From a virus: 64,000 nucleotides of DNA. The notes beneath the pieces are model-generated. The model searched no databases and had not been told where the DNA came from. It saw only the letters and a program-made list of their open reading frames with translations. The position numbers and the translations under genes are program-made. This document shows, one piece after another, positions 46,350 through 56,521 of this stretch; the stretch's first letter is position 1; each line of letters begins with the position of its first letter. The DNA lies in IMG/VR virus record IMGVR_UViG_3300013830_000222, positions 2,140 to 66,139 of that record; one strand, written 5' to 3'.

Positions 46350-47747
46350 TCAGGCTTTATGCCCGCCGATCTGGAGATTGCGTTCGCGTGCGGTGCCGCC
46401 GTTCATGTAGTTGAAACCGCGCAGCAACGCATTTGATCCGTATTTTTGGCGTACTTCAAGAAGGGCACGCTGCAGTCTGCGTTCCTTATCGAGTGCGTCA
46501 TAATCTGTGAACAAATCTAACTGATACATTCCATCATCTTTTCTGGTGTCCTGTGCAGCGATGCCGAGCCTGCGGACAAGGAGTGACTTGTCGACCTTCT
46601 TCGTGAAGGCATCCAGCAGCAGGGACATGATTTCCTGATTGCTGTTGGTACGGGTGCGGAGTTTGAAACTGCCGCCGACATGGCAAGGGTGAAGTCTGCC
46701 GTAGAAATCGATCGAGACTGGCCCTTCGTAATATGGATTTTCCTCCAGAGACTTCGGGTCGAAGCTTACCCAGAAGGAGAGTCCGCCCGCTGTCAGATTC
46801 TGCGAGAGCAGGTCGGTGGCCAGCAGGTCGACCATTTCTGTGAAGACCAGCTTCGCCTCATCATAAGAATAAGGACGGGAGAGTACTTGGCCCTTGGAGA
46901 GAGAATGACTCTTGTTCCTATAGCTCTTGATGTCACTCATGAGGCAGGGCTCAATACCCCACACGTGGTCGAGCAGGATTTCTGCGTCGATCCCGAACAT
47001 CTTATAAAACTGGCCTTCGTCGTAGAGCGCGGCCATTGCCACATCCCCGAGCGTGAACATTGCACGCTTCTCCAGTTTCCGGGCGGTGCCAGGGCCGATC
47101 ATCCAGAAATCTGTCAGGGGCCGGTGATCCCAGAGGAGGATCTTATACTTGTCTTCATCAAGCTCGGCGATCCGGACGCCGTCTTTATCCGGCGGGGCTT
47201 TTTTCGCCACGATATCCATGCCAACCTTCGCAAGATACAGGTTGGTGCCGATTCCGACGGTCGCGGTGATGCCGGTCTCTTTCAAGACGTCTCGGATCAT
47301 GGTGATCGCCATCTGGTGGGCAGGGGAGACACCGGCGGCCTTCGCATCCGCTTCATAGAAATGCAGGTATCCGGTCACATCGATAAAGCACTCATCGATC
47401 GAATAGACATGGATGTCTTCGGCGGCGACGTACTTCCGGTAAATCTCATAGATCTTTGAAGAGACTCGGATGTATTCCGCCATCCGAGGGACAGCGATCT
47501 CGTAGAGAATCCGCGTGTGGTGCGCGATCTCATATTCCTTGATTTTCTGCTTGGCTTCAAACAGCCGGGGCCGTCCCGGAACACCGATCGCCTTGAGGGC
47601 AGGGGAGACAGCGAGCACGATGGTCTTATCTGTCCGGCTGTTGTCGGCGACCAGCAAGTTGCATTTCAACGGATCGTATCCACGGGATACAGCTTCCACC
47701 GAAGCGTAATAAGATTTTAAATCGATGCAAATATACGTCCTGTCCAT
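46350..47747 (-). CDS. Y-family error-prone DNA polymerase (UmuC/UvrX-like)
   Basis: CIDLKSYYASVE, YSIDECFID, GIGTNLYLAK, QIGGHKA. Start reassigned to ATG 47747. Confidence 0.92.
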   Translation of the reverse strand: MDRTYICIDLKSYYASVEAVSRGYDPLKCNLLVADNSRTDKTIVLAVSPALKAIGVPGRPRLFEAKQKIKEYEIAHHTRILYEIAVPRMAEYIRVSSKIYEIYRKYVAAEDIHVYSIDECFIDVTGYLHFYEADAKAAGVSPAHQMAITMIRDVLKETGITATVGIGTNLYLAKVGMDIVAKKAPPDKDGVRIAELDEDKYKILLWDHRPLTDFWMIGPGTARKLEKRAMFTLGDVAMAALYDEGQFYKMFGIDAEILLDHVWGIEPCLMSDIKSYRNKSHSLSKGQVLSRPYSYDEAKLVFTEMVDLLATDLLSQNLTAGGLSFWVSFDPKSLEENPYYEGPVSIDFYGRLHPCHVGGSFKLRTRTNSNQEIMSLLLDAFTKKVDKSLLVRRLGIAAQDTRKDDGMYQLDLFTDYDALDKERRLQRALLEVRQKYGSNALLRGFNYMNGGTARERNLQIGGHKA

Positions 47748-47755
47748 AGGGCCTC

Positions 47756-47769
47756 CAAACATTTGTTCT
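47756..47769 (-). promoter_or_regulatory. LexA (SOS) box
   Basis: AGAACAAATGTTTG next to the umuC RBS, matching Firmicutes GAAC-N4-GTTY. Confidence 0.7.
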
Positions 47770-47809
47770 TTCACAAAGAAAAAAAGAAAAGAGGGAGGGC
47801 CGACAGACA

Positions 47810-48343
47810 TTAAATGGAGTCAGCCCGATCCTCTATCGTTCCCATAAATGCAGACTTTGGCACAAAGGGAACATTGAAATCGTAACCGGATTTATTCATG
47901 GTGAGCAGCTTCACCATCAGCATGTTGACGTTGACGTTCAGCAGCGAAGCGATCCGGACAACATCATTCCCTTCCTGAATCAACTCCAGCAGTTCTTCAT
48001 CATCGATCAGGATGTTCGCGGCAAACTGGTTTGCTTCGAGCTCCCGCTGATCGGTGATATCAAAGATTTCCATTTCCACGAGATAATCCCGTTTCGTAAG
48101 CGCATCCTTGTGGAGCAGGAGATGACCAAGTTCGTGGGCGCAGGTCATCCGCTGCATCTGCAGGCTCATATTTGAATTGATGAAGATGAAGTAATTGTTC
48201 AGGTAAATCTTACAGAATCCCTTCTGCTTTTTCGTGTTAATGAACTTCACATAGTACCCGAGAAGCCTTGCCAGCTGGAACGGATCCCTGGTATCGTGCC
48301 GCTCGATCAGACGCTCGGGTATACGAAAAATTCTCTCGTCCAT
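47810..48343 (-). CDS. ImmA/IrrE-family metallopeptidase
   Basis: TRDPF, CAHELGH, ELEANQFAA. Confidence 0.9.
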   Translation of the reverse strand: MDERIFRIPERLIERHDTRDPFQLARLLGYYVKFINTKKQKGFCKIYLNNYFIFINSNMSLQMQRMTCAHELGHLLLHKDALTKRDYLVEMEIFDITDQRELEANQFAANILIDDEELLELIQEGNDVVRIASLLNVNVNMLMVKLLTMNKSGYDFNVPFVPKSAFMGTIEDRADSI

Positions 48344-48360
48344 TCATGATCCCCCGTATG

Positions 48361-48783
48361 TTACTGGTCAGAGGAATCCTCTTTCCTGTAACGCTTATTG
48401 ACATACTTGCGGTTATTTTTCTTCGCCTCCCAGTATGCCTCCTGCATGGCACGCATGATCTCGTCCATGTCTTCCTCTTCAATTTCTCCCCCGGCAGCGA
48501 GCACTTTGAAATCTGCAACCAGATCCCATGCCTGCCGTGCGCCGCGTCCGCCGTATTGCTCGTTGGCCCGGAGAACGAAGTCGGCGTTCTCATCCATCAG
48601 GACTTTCTCATCGACTCCGAGGGCCTCTGACAGCTTGGTGTAGGTATCCCGGCTCTTAGGCATCCGAGCACCGGATTCGTAGTTCTGAATCGTCCGCAGA
48701 GAGATCCCGGTCGCTTTTGCCAGATCATTCTGCGACATCTGTTTGGCTGCCCTCGCGTTTTTGATTTTTTCGCTCAGGTTCAT
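48361..48783 (-). CDS. XRE-family HTH repressor (ImmR-like)
   Basis: MSQNDLAKATGISLRTIQNYESG. Confidence 0.92.
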   Translation of the reverse strand: MNLSEKIKNARAAKQMSQNDLAKATGISLRTIQNYESGARMPKSRDTYTKLSEALGVDEKVLMDENADFVLRANEQYGGRGARQAWDLVADFKVLAAGGEIEEEDMDEIMRAMQEAYWEAKKNNRKYVNKRYRKEDSSDQ

Positions 48784-48844
48784 GTTGGTACGTCCTTTCT
48801 AAGGTAGCGAATCGTTTGTGAACTCTGAGTTTCGTAATTGCCGC

Positions 48845-49002
48845 AACTTTCGTATTGACAGAGAAGAGAGATGTCTGTATACTAACTTGCGTAAGTTACG
48901 TAACTCATAGGACGATCATACAGCCAGATACGCAAGTTGTCAATAGGAAGAATGAAAAAACTTTCGTGTTTTTCTCCTAAACATTCGCATGAGACGAAAG
49001 TT
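48845..49002. promoter_or_regulatory. face-to-face sigma-A promoters with repeated operators
   Basis: Plus: TTGACA 48855-60, 17 nt, TATACT. Minus: TTGACA 48943-38, 17 nt, TATGAT. Five AACTTKCGT copies. Confidence 0.75.
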
Positions 49003-49174
49003 AAGGAGAATGCAGGTGGCGTACTTTCAGCTCTGGTGATTGTAGTATAGCAAAAGAGGTGTACAGAAATTTGGACAATGGTGCGGAAATATATTCAAAC
49101 AAAATCCCTGCCATTGAATAGTATGCGAAAATTGATTCGTATTAAACCATCTATGTAAAATTATGAATGTCATA

Positions 49175-49203
49175 TTGACAGATAGTTCAAATACAGCTAT
49201 AAT
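49175..49203 (+). promoter_or_regulatory. consensus sigma-A promoter
   Basis: TTGACA-17 nt-TATAAT upstream of 49235. Confidence 0.85.
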
Positions 49204-49234
49204 ATCAACATCAGATTGAAAAGGAGGTAAATAG

Positions 49235-50023
49235 ATGGGCGAGGCATTTGACAAGAAGATATTGCTTGAGAACATCTCCTACCTTTTGAAAGAGAAGGAA
49301 ATGAAAATCGGTGAGCTGGAAGCTGCTGCAAAAGTCAGCACCGGCTATATTTCCAGAATAACCAAGGAGGAGAATTCGAAGCCAGGTATCGATTTTATTA
49401 TGAACGTGGCGGAGGTGCTTAACATCGGAATGGACACTTTGTTGAAAGTAGATCTATCAGCACAGACACCAACAGAAAGATATCTGATTTCCTTTTTTGA
49501 CAAATTGATTGCAGATACTACAGCAGATAAGCTGGACTGGGGAGTTGAGAAGGCTGGGACTTTAAATCGTTTGGATACTGACATTAATGGCAATGTGAGC
49601 CACCCTCTTTTTGAATACGAGACCTTTATGGAAGAGGGTGAATCGGAGTACCCAGAAGAGGTTACCCGAGTTGTTTTTCCATCGCATAGCTTTGATGTCC
49701 ATACGACGATATATGGAGATTGCTACAACCTTCGCCTTAAAAATGGTGCCTTCCTATATCTGATGAATATATGCAAGTCAGTATATAGGGTTAACGATCC
49801 AGATGCATTTGCAAAAGAAGCATGGCTTGTAGGGGCTGACTATTCTATACAGTTTCTGGCAGGTACGAAAGATGATGCGGTGCTTGCTTATCTCGTTACG
49901 CATCTTTATGCAGCGGTGGCTGAAAGCATGAAACACCCGAAATTACAGAAGGGTGCTAAGGATGCGATAGAAGCATTTATGCGAGACGACTTTACGGACG
50001 ATGATGAGCCACCATTTTTCTAA
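49235..50023 (+). CDS. XRE HTH protein with unknown C-terminal domain
   Basis: IGELEAAAKVSTGYISR HTH; AAGGAGG RBS. Confidence 0.8.
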   Translation: MGEAFDKKILLENISYLLKEKEMKIGELEAAAKVSTGYISRITKEENSKPGIDFIMNVAEVLNIGMDTLLKVDLSAQTPTERYLISFFDKLIADTTADKLDWGVEKAGTLNRLDTDINGNVSHPLFEYETFMEEGESEYPEEVTRVVFPSHSFDVHTTIYGDCYNLRLKNGAFLYLMNICKSVYRVNDPDAFAKEAWLVGADYSIQFLAGTKDDAVLAYLVTHLYAAVAESMKHPKLQKGAKDAIEAFMRDDFTDDDEPPFF

Positions 50024-50225
50024 AGAGGGGGGATTTGCGAATGGAGAAAAAAGCCGTCCACGGATTGTGAAGACACCGCAGTTTAATATTCCGATCGGGG
50101 AAGCCATAAAGAATCCGGATGGTCACTATAGCCTGAGGATTAAAAAGGCGAAAAGTCAGGAAATGGAAGTGATCCCGCTGGATCAACTGAACAAGATGAT
50201 CATGCAGGAAGCGGAAAAGGTATAA
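50001..50225 (+). CDS. small hypothetical protein (start uncertain)
   Basis: ORF between two HTH genes; true start codon unclear. Confidence 0.5.
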   Translation: MMSHHFSKEGGFANGEKSRPRIVKTPQFNIPIGEAIKNPDGHYSLRIKKAKSQEMEVIPLDQLNKMIMQEAEKV

Positions 50226-50306
50226 GGCAGCGACTCCGAAACTGAGAGACGCGCCGTAAAATCAAATAGTAGTTAGCTCCAGACGAGCGGAACCGAAGAT
50301 GAGTTC

Positions 50307-50362
50307 AGGCCGGTACGAGCATTTACAGAGAAATCTGTAAGTGTTGGTACCGGCCTTTTTTT
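50307..50362 (+). terminator. long-stem terminator / structured leader
   Basis: AGGCCGGTACGAGCATTTACAGA-GAAA-TCTGTAAGTGTTGGTACCGGCCT followed by TTTTTT. Confidence 0.8.
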
Positions 50363-50392
50363 GTTCAGGAACAGGGAGGGGGTGAGTGCAGG

Positions 50393-50740
50393 ATGCAGCT
50401 GTCACTGAAAAATGACAACGACAAATATGAGATCGGCAATAAGATCCGTGAGCGGCGTACTGCGCTCGGCTTCTCACAGGATGAGCTGGCAGACATGGTA
50501 GGGACTGACGGTAATTCTGTCTCCCGTCACGAGAACGGAACCCGGGAGATGAAGATCTCCGTGTTCTGCCAATATGCCGACGCGCTCTCTGCAAATCCGG
50601 CAGACCTGCTGCCGGAGCGCCTCTCGAAAAAGCTGGAGGGGAAATACGCGGAGCTGGTCGATACAGCAGCGGGCCTCTCTGAGGGCGACCTGGAGATCCT
50701 GCTTCTCATGGCAAAGCGGATGAAGGCACAGGCTTCCTGA
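50393..50740 (+). CDS. XRE-family HTH regulator
   Basis: IRERRTALGFSQDELADMVG...VSRHENG. Confidence 0.9.
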   Translation: MQLSLKNDNDKYEIGNKIRERRTALGFSQDELADMVGTDGNSVSRHENGTREMKISVFCQYADALSANPADLLPERLSKKLEGKYAELVDTAAGLSEGDLEILLLMAKRMKAQAS

Positions 50741-50905
50741 TGCAAGTTCTACCAATTGGCAGACAAAGCAGCAGAAACCTGACCGCTTAGGCTGAGGGAT
50801 CGGGAAGCGATTTTTTCTAAACTATAACCATCCCGAGCGGGACTGCAGCCCGCCGGGAAATACGAAGAATTGAAGCCGGATGCATACGGCTTTTCGGAAA
50901 GGAAA

Positions 50906-51424
50906 ATGATGAAGCTCTACGAAATCAATCTGGAGATTATGCGGCTTGCGGATGCGATCCCGTTTGACGAGGAGACCGGGGAGATCCTTGGTGATGTCGA
51001 TGAGTTCTATCAGCAGATCGAATCCCTGCAGATGGAAAAGCAGCGCATCCTCGAATATCTCGCCAAGCTGGTGCTGAATCTCCGGTCAGAGGAAGAGGCT
51101 CTAAAGACAGAAGAGAAGCGTCTCAAAGACAGAAGGCAGCGGCTCGAGAAGAAGGAAGATCGCCTCATCCGTGTGCTTGACCGGGAGTGCGCCGGGCAGA
51201 CAACAGATCTCGGGGTGGCGACGCTTGCATACCGGAAGACCAGTCATGTGGAGGTGGACGATCCGGGAAAGGCTGTGCGGTGGCTGAAGAGAAACAAGTT
51301 CCTTACTGCCTTCCGCGTGCCGGAGCCGGAGGTCGCAAAAGCGGAGGTTCGGAAACTCATCAGCGCCGGAAAGAAAATTCCGGGATGCAGTATCGTCGAT
51401 GACGTGTCCTGCAAATTGAAGTAA
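50906..51424 (+). CDS. siphovirus Gp157-family protein
   Basis: KLYEIN, DEETGEI, coiled coil, G.KIPG. Confidence 0.88.
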   Translation: MMKLYEINLEIMRLADAIPFDEETGEILGDVDEFYQQIESLQMEKQRILEYLAKLVLNLRSEEEALKTEEKRLKDRRQRLEKKEDRLIRVLDRECAGQTTDLGVATLAYRKTSHVEVDDPGKAVRWLKRNKFLTAFRVPEPEVAKAEVRKLISAGKKIPGCSIVDDVSCKLK

Positions 51425-51435
51425 GGAGTTAAAAC

Positions 51436-52371
51436 ATGCTGAGCATTACAAAAGGAAAGACGGCCCGGGCCATGAAGGTAGTGGTTTATGGGTCGGAAGG
51501 AATCGGGAAAAGCACGTTTGCTGCCGATGCCCCAGATCCCCTCTTTATCGATACGGAAGGCAGTACGGCCCACATGGATGTGCGCCGGATCGAGAAACCG
51601 GAGACATGGGAGGAGCTGGTTGACATCGTAAAGGAAGTTGCGGTGACACCAGATATTTGTAAGACGCTGGTGCTCGATACGGCGGACTGGGCGGAGCAGC
51701 TCTGCGTTTCCCATATCTGCAAGAAGTATAAGCAGCCGAGCATCGAGAGCTTTGGTTACGGCAGGGGCTATGTGTATCTCTCCGAGGAATTTGCCCTCCT
51801 CTTGCGGGCTCTCGATCAGGTGATCGCTGCCGGAATCCACGTGATCATTACAGCCCATGCCAAGATGCGCAAGTTCGAGCAGCCGGATGAGCAGGGAGCC
51901 TATGACCGGTGGGAGATGAAGCTCTCCAAGCACGTGGCTCCGCTTTTGAAGGAATGGTGCGACATGCTCCTTTTCTTAAACTACCGCACCTATGTGGTCA
52001 CGACGGAGACGAATGCGAAGAAGGCGCAGGGCGGGAAGCGTGTCATGTACACGAGCCACCATCCCTGCTGGGATGCCAAGAACCGTCAGGATCTGCCGGA
52101 GGAGCTGCCGCTGGATTTCAAGACCATCGCCCATCTCTTTTCGCTGACGCCGACGGCAGAGGCGGAAAAGCCGCTCGATCGTCTGAAAAAGATGATGGAG
52201 GAAGCCGGTATCACGGAGGAACAGATCCAGTCCGTGGTGGCAGATAAGGGGCACTACCCGAGGGAAGCCGGGATCGATACCTACAGCGATAAGTTCATCA
52301 GCGGATGGCTGATCAAGTACTGGCCCCAGGTAACGAAACTGATCAAAGAGACAAGTGCAGATGCACAGTGA
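51436..52371 (+). CDS. phage AAA ATPase (Sak4 / AAA_24-like)
   Basis: YGSEGIGKSTFA, IDTEGS, LVLDT.DW, WDAKNR. Confidence 0.9.
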   Translation: MLSITKGKTARAMKVVVYGSEGIGKSTFAADAPDPLFIDTEGSTAHMDVRRIEKPETWEELVDIVKEVAVTPDICKTLVLDTADWAEQLCVSHICKKYKQPSIESFGYGRGYVYLSEEFALLLRALDQVIAAGIHVIITAHAKMRKFEQPDEQGAYDRWEMKLSKHVAPLLKEWCDMLLFLNYRTYVVTTETNAKKAQGGKRVMYTSHHPCWDAKNRQDLPEELPLDFKTIAHLFSLTPTAEAEKPLDRLKKMMEEAGITEEQIQSVVADKGHYPREAGIDTYSDKFISGWLIKYWPQVTKLIKETSADAQ

Positions 52372-52384
52372 GGAGAAAAATACC

Positions 52385-52888
52385 ATGAGCGATATGAATC
52401 AGAATAACCAGAACATGTTCCTTGACTGGGACGATGCCATTGAAAACGACGGGCAGGAATTTATCGTCCTGCCGGAGGGAGACTACAACTTTACCGTCAC
52501 AGATTTTGAACGCGGGCGCTTCCCCGGCGGCCAGAAGATCCCGGCCTGCAATAAGGCAAGCCTGACCCTGCAGGTGCAGACAGATGATGGCGTGGCCATG
52601 TGCTTCATCGACCTGCTGCTCTACAAGACGATGGAGTGGAAACTCTCCTCATTTTTCCGCAGCATTGGCCAGAAGCAGAGAGGGCAGCGGCTTGTCATGA
52701 ACTGGAACCGTGTAGTCGGAAGCCAGGGCCGGGCACACTTTAAGCCCCGCTCCTATAAAGACCGCGATGGGAATGACCGTCAGACGAATGACGTCGACCG
52801 CTTCTATGACTATGACGAGAAGAACTTCCCGAACAACGGGTTTATGGAAATCCCGGAGGGGATCGATGATGAGCTGCCGTTCAATTAA
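52385..52888 (+). CDS. phage SSB-like protein (DUF669)
   Basis: LPEGDYNF.V, C-terminal DDELPF. Confidence 0.82.
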   Translation: MSDMNQNNQNMFLDWDDAIENDGQEFIVLPEGDYNFTVTDFERGRFPGGQKIPACNKASLTLQVQTDDGVAMCFIDLLLYKTMEWKLSSFFRSIGQKQRGQRLVMNWNRVVGSQGRAHFKPRSYKDRDGNDRQTNDVDRFYDYDEKNFPNNGFMEIPEGIDDELPFN

Positions 52889-52899
52889 GGAGGAGAGAT

Positions 52900-54480
52900 A
52901 TGTTTTCGCTTAGACCATATCAGGCCGAGGCAAAACAGGCGATCCTTGCTGCATGGGACGAGGGGCACAGGAAGACGCTCCTCGTCCTCCCGACAGGGTG
53001 CGGGAAGACCGTCGTGTTTTCATCGGTCACAGAAGAACAGGTGGGAAAAGGACACCGGGTGCTGATCATGGCGCACCGGGGAGAGCTCCTCGAGCAGGCA
53101 GCAGAGAAGCTGAAGCAGGCATCGGGCCTTGATACGGTGCTGGAGAAAGCGGAGAGCAGCAGCCTCGGGAGTTTCATTCCGGTGACGGTCGGATCGGTGC
53201 AGTCGCTCTGCCAGATGAGCAGGCTCTCCCGGTTCCCTCACGATTACTATCAGGACATCATCGTAGATGAGGCCCATCACTGCTTATCCGACAGCTACCG
53301 CCGGGTACTCGACCATTTCCCGGAGGCGAATGTGCTCGGTGTGACGGCGACGCCGGATCGTGGGGATATGAAAAACCTCGGAGAGTTCTTTGACTCCCGG
53401 GCCTATGAGTACAGCATGAGCACTGCGATCAAGGATGGGTATCTCTGCCCCATTAAAGCGCAGATGATCCCGCTCGAACTTGATATCTCCAGCGTGAAAA
53501 TGAGCAGCGGTGACTTTGCGGTAGGCGAGATCGGGTCGGCATTGGAGCCGTATCTTCACCAGATCGCCGATGAGATGGTGCATTACTGCGGAGGCAGGCG
53601 AACGGTGGTATTCCTTCCGCTCATCGCAACGAGCCAGCGCTTCTGCCGGATGTTAAATGACCGGGGCCTTCGGGCAGCGGAGGTGAACGGCAACTCGGAA
53701 GACCGATCAGAGATCCTTGCTGATTTTGAAGCCGGGAAATATGACGTTCTCTGCAACAGCATGCTGCTGACAGAGGGCTGGGACTGTCCAGCGGTCGACT
53801 GCATCGTGGTGCTCAGGCCCACAAAGGTGCGATCGCTCTACCAGCAGATGGTGGGGCGCGGGATGCGACTCTCACCGGGAAAGGATCATCTTTTGCTTCT
53901 CGACTTCCTGTGGATGACAGAGCGGCACGACCTCTGCAGGCCGTCGGCGCTTATCAGTAAGGACACGAAGATCGCGGAGATGATCGATGACAAGATTGCA
54001 AAAGGCGACGAAGAAATCGACCTGATCGAAGCAGAAGAGCAGGCGGAACGGGATGTCCTTGCAGAACGCGAAAGGGCTCTGGCCCGGGAACTGGAAGAGA
54101 TGCGCCGCCGCAAACGAAAGCTCGTAGATCCCCTGCAGTATGCCCTGTCCATTGCAGCAGAAGATCTGGCAAATTATACGCCGACCTTTGTATGGGAAAT
54201 GGCCCCGCCATCGAAGAAGCAGCTCGCCTTCCTTGAGGGAAGGGGAATCTTTGCAGAAGGCGTGACAAATGCAGGGATGGCTTCGCTTCTCATTGACCGT
54301 CTGGTACGGCGGCAGGATGAGGGGCTGGCCACGCCCAAGCAGATCCGGCTTTTGGAACGGTACGGTTTCCGGCACGTAGGTACCTGGACATTTGAATCGG
54401 CAACGAAACTGATCGGCAGGATCGCGGGGAACAGCTGGTCACTCCCAAGGGGGATGAACCCGGCGGCCTATATGCCGTAA
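52900..54480 (+). CDS. SF2 DEAH helicase
   Basis: LPTGCGKT, DEAHH, TATP, LTEGWD.P, QMVGRG.R. Confidence 0.93.
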   Translation: MFSLRPYQAEAKQAILAAWDEGHRKTLLVLPTGCGKTVVFSSVTEEQVGKGHRVLIMAHRGELLEQAAEKLKQASGLDTVLEKAESSSLGSFIPVTVGSVQSLCQMSRLSRFPHDYYQDIIVDEAHHCLSDSYRRVLDHFPEANVLGVTATPDRGDMKNLGEFFDSRAYEYSMSTAIKDGYLCPIKAQMIPLELDISSVKMSSGDFAVGEIGSALEPYLHQIADEMVHYCGGRRTVVFLPLIATSQRFCRMLNDRGLRAAEVNGNSEDRSEILADFEAGKYDVLCNSMLLTEGWDCPAVDCIVVLRPTKVRSLYQQMVGRGMRLSPGKDHLLLLDFLWMTERHDLCRPSALISKDTKIAEMIDDKIAKGDEEIDLIEAEEQAERDVLAERERALARELEEMRRRKRKLVDPLQYALSIAAEDLANYTPTFVWEMAPPSKKQLAFLEGRGIFAEGVTNAGMASLLIDRLVRRQDEGLATPKQIRLLERYGFRHVGTWTFESATKLIGRIAGNSWSLPRGMNPAAYMP

Positions 54481-54489
54481 GGAGGGAAT

Positions 54490-56496
54490 ATGGAGAATAA
54501 TACAAACATTTTGTCGGCGCTCAAGTTCTTGGATGTGGCGTCCATGACAAGGGCGGAGTGGATCGCGGTCGGCATGGCCCTTAAGACTGAAGGTTATCCT
54601 TGCTCGATCTGGGATGACTGGTCTCGGAATGACCGGCGCTACCACCCCGGGGAATGTGAGAAAAAATGGAACAGCTTTCATGGCAGCGGGAATCCTGTGA
54701 AGGGCGGAAGCATCGTGCAGATGGCAAAGGAGCGCGGCTGGACACCCTTTGGAGGAGAAAACGGCTGTATGGGCTGGGACGATACCATCGAATATGACGG
54801 CGATCCCGCCTTCACCGGCTTCTCGCAGGAGCCATGGGATCAGGCGCAGGATCTGATCGCCTATCTGGAGACACTGTTTTTGCCGGATGAAAAGGTTGGC
54901 TATGTTACGAACGATGTGTGGCAGGATGCCGATGGGCGCTGGGTGCCAAGCAAAGGCGTCTTTGACCGGACGGCAGCAGAGCTGATCGCATCCCTTAAGA
55001 AGCATCCGGATGACCTCGGCGCGACGATCGGCGACTGGAAGAAGGACGTCGGTGCCTGGATACGGTTCAACCCGGTGGACGGGCAGGGTGTAAAGAACGA
55101 GAATATCACCCGCTTCACCTATGCACTGGTGGAGTCCGATACCCTGCCGATCCCGGAGCAGGACATCCTGTTCCGGAAACTGGAACTTCCGATCGCGGCT
55201 CTCGTGCATTCCGGCGGAAAGAGCCTGCATGCGATTGTGAAGGTAGATGCGGAAAACTATGAGGAATATCGGAAACGCGTCGAGTTTTTATATGACTTTC
55301 TGGAAAAGAACGGCGTGTCGATCGATAAGCAAAACCGCAACCCGTCACGGCTTTCGCGTATGCCGGGAGTGACACGGAACGGAAACCGCCAGTATCTTGT
55401 GGCAACGAACATAGGCCGTAAGAGCTGGGTGGACTGGATGGATTTCGTGGAGGGTGTGACGGACGAGCTGCCGGATATGGTATCCCTCTCACAATATAAG
55501 GATAATCCGCCGACGCTTCCCGAGGAGCTGATCGAAGGAATTCTCCGGCGTGGACATAAGATGCTGATCTCCGGGTCATCGAAGGCGGGGAAGAGCTTCC
55601 TTCTTATGGAGCTCTGTATCGCGATTGCAGAAGGAAAGAAATGGCTGGGTTTCCCCTGCCGGAAGGGCCGCGTCCTCTATGTCAACCTGGAGATCGACCC
55701 GGCGAGTGCCATCAACCGGTTTCTCAAAATCTATGAGGCACAGGGCCTGCCGATCCGGCAGTCGGAGAACATCCTTATCTGGAACCTTCGTGGCCATGCA
55801 GTACCGCTCGATCAGCTGGTGCCAAAGCTCATCCGGAGAGTCCGGGATCTGAAGCTTGATGCCATCGTGATTGACCCGATCTACAAGGTCATCACCGGTG
55901 ATGAGAATTCCGCTTCGGACATGGGAGCCTTCTGTAACCAGTTCGATAAGATCTGCAACGAGACAGGCTGCAGTACCATTTACTGCCACCATCATTCCAA
56001 AGGATCGCAGGGGATGAAGAAGGCGATGGATCGGGCCTCCGGGAGCGGCGTCTTTGCCCGAGATCCGGATGCGCAGCTGGATATGATCGAGCTGGAGTTA
56101 TCTGACGATGTGAAAAACAACGTCCGGGACGGAATGGCGACGGCGTGGCGGCTGGAATCCTCCCTTAGGGAATTCCCGAATATCCAGCCCGTCAATTTCT
56201 GGTTTGAGTATCCCCTCCATAAGATCGATGAAAACGGCGTCCTCGGTGAGATGCCTGCACAGGGTACACCGCAGGCCGGGAGGCTCAACAACCCGAGATC
56301 GAAAAGCGCAGAGGAAGCGGCGGAGGAATTCCGTACGGCTTATGATGCCCTCAACATGAACGGAAAGGTCACTGTGCAGGACATGATGGAATATATGGAT
56401 CTGACGGATAAAACAATCTATGCGCGGCTCAAAAAGATGGGCGGAGAGTTCCTTCTGGAAAAGGGCACGATCAAACGCGCGGATGCTGAGAAATAA
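54490..56496 (+). CDS. PriCT-2 / primase / AAA_25 replication protein
   Basis: W..VGMALK..W..WS (PriCT-2), LVESD, SGGKSLHA, GSSKAGKS. Confidence 0.9.
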   Translation: MENNTNILSALKFLDVASMTRAEWIAVGMALKTEGYPCSIWDDWSRNDRRYHPGECEKKWNSFHGSGNPVKGGSIVQMAKERGWTPFGGENGCMGWDDTIEYDGDPAFTGFSQEPWDQAQDLIAYLETLFLPDEKVGYVTNDVWQDADGRWVPSKGVFDRTAAELIASLKKHPDDLGATIGDWKKDVGAWIRFNPVDGQGVKNENITRFTYALVESDTLPIPEQDILFRKLELPIAALVHSGGKSLHAIVKVDAENYEEYRKRVEFLYDFLEKNGVSIDKQNRNPSRLSRMPGVTRNGNRQYLVATNIGRKSWVDWMDFVEGVTDELPDMVSLSQYKDNPPTLPEELIEGILRRGHKMLISGSSKAGKSFLLMELCIAIAEGKKWLGFPCRKGRVLYVNLEIDPASAINRFLKIYEAQGLPIRQSENILIWNLRGHAVPLDQLVPKLIRRVRDLKLDAIVIDPIYKVITGDENSASDMGAFCNQFDKICNETGCSTIYCHHHSKGSQGMKKAMDRASGSGVFARDPDAQLDMIELELSDDVKNNVRDGMATAWRLESSLREFPNIQPVNFWFEYPLHKIDENGVLGEMPAQGTPQAGRLNNPRSKSAEEAAEEFRTAYDALNMNGKVTVQDMMEYMDLTDKTIYARLKKMGGEFLLEKGTIKRADAEK

Positions 56497-56521
56497 AGGC
56501 TTTGCAGCGCTCCATCAACAG

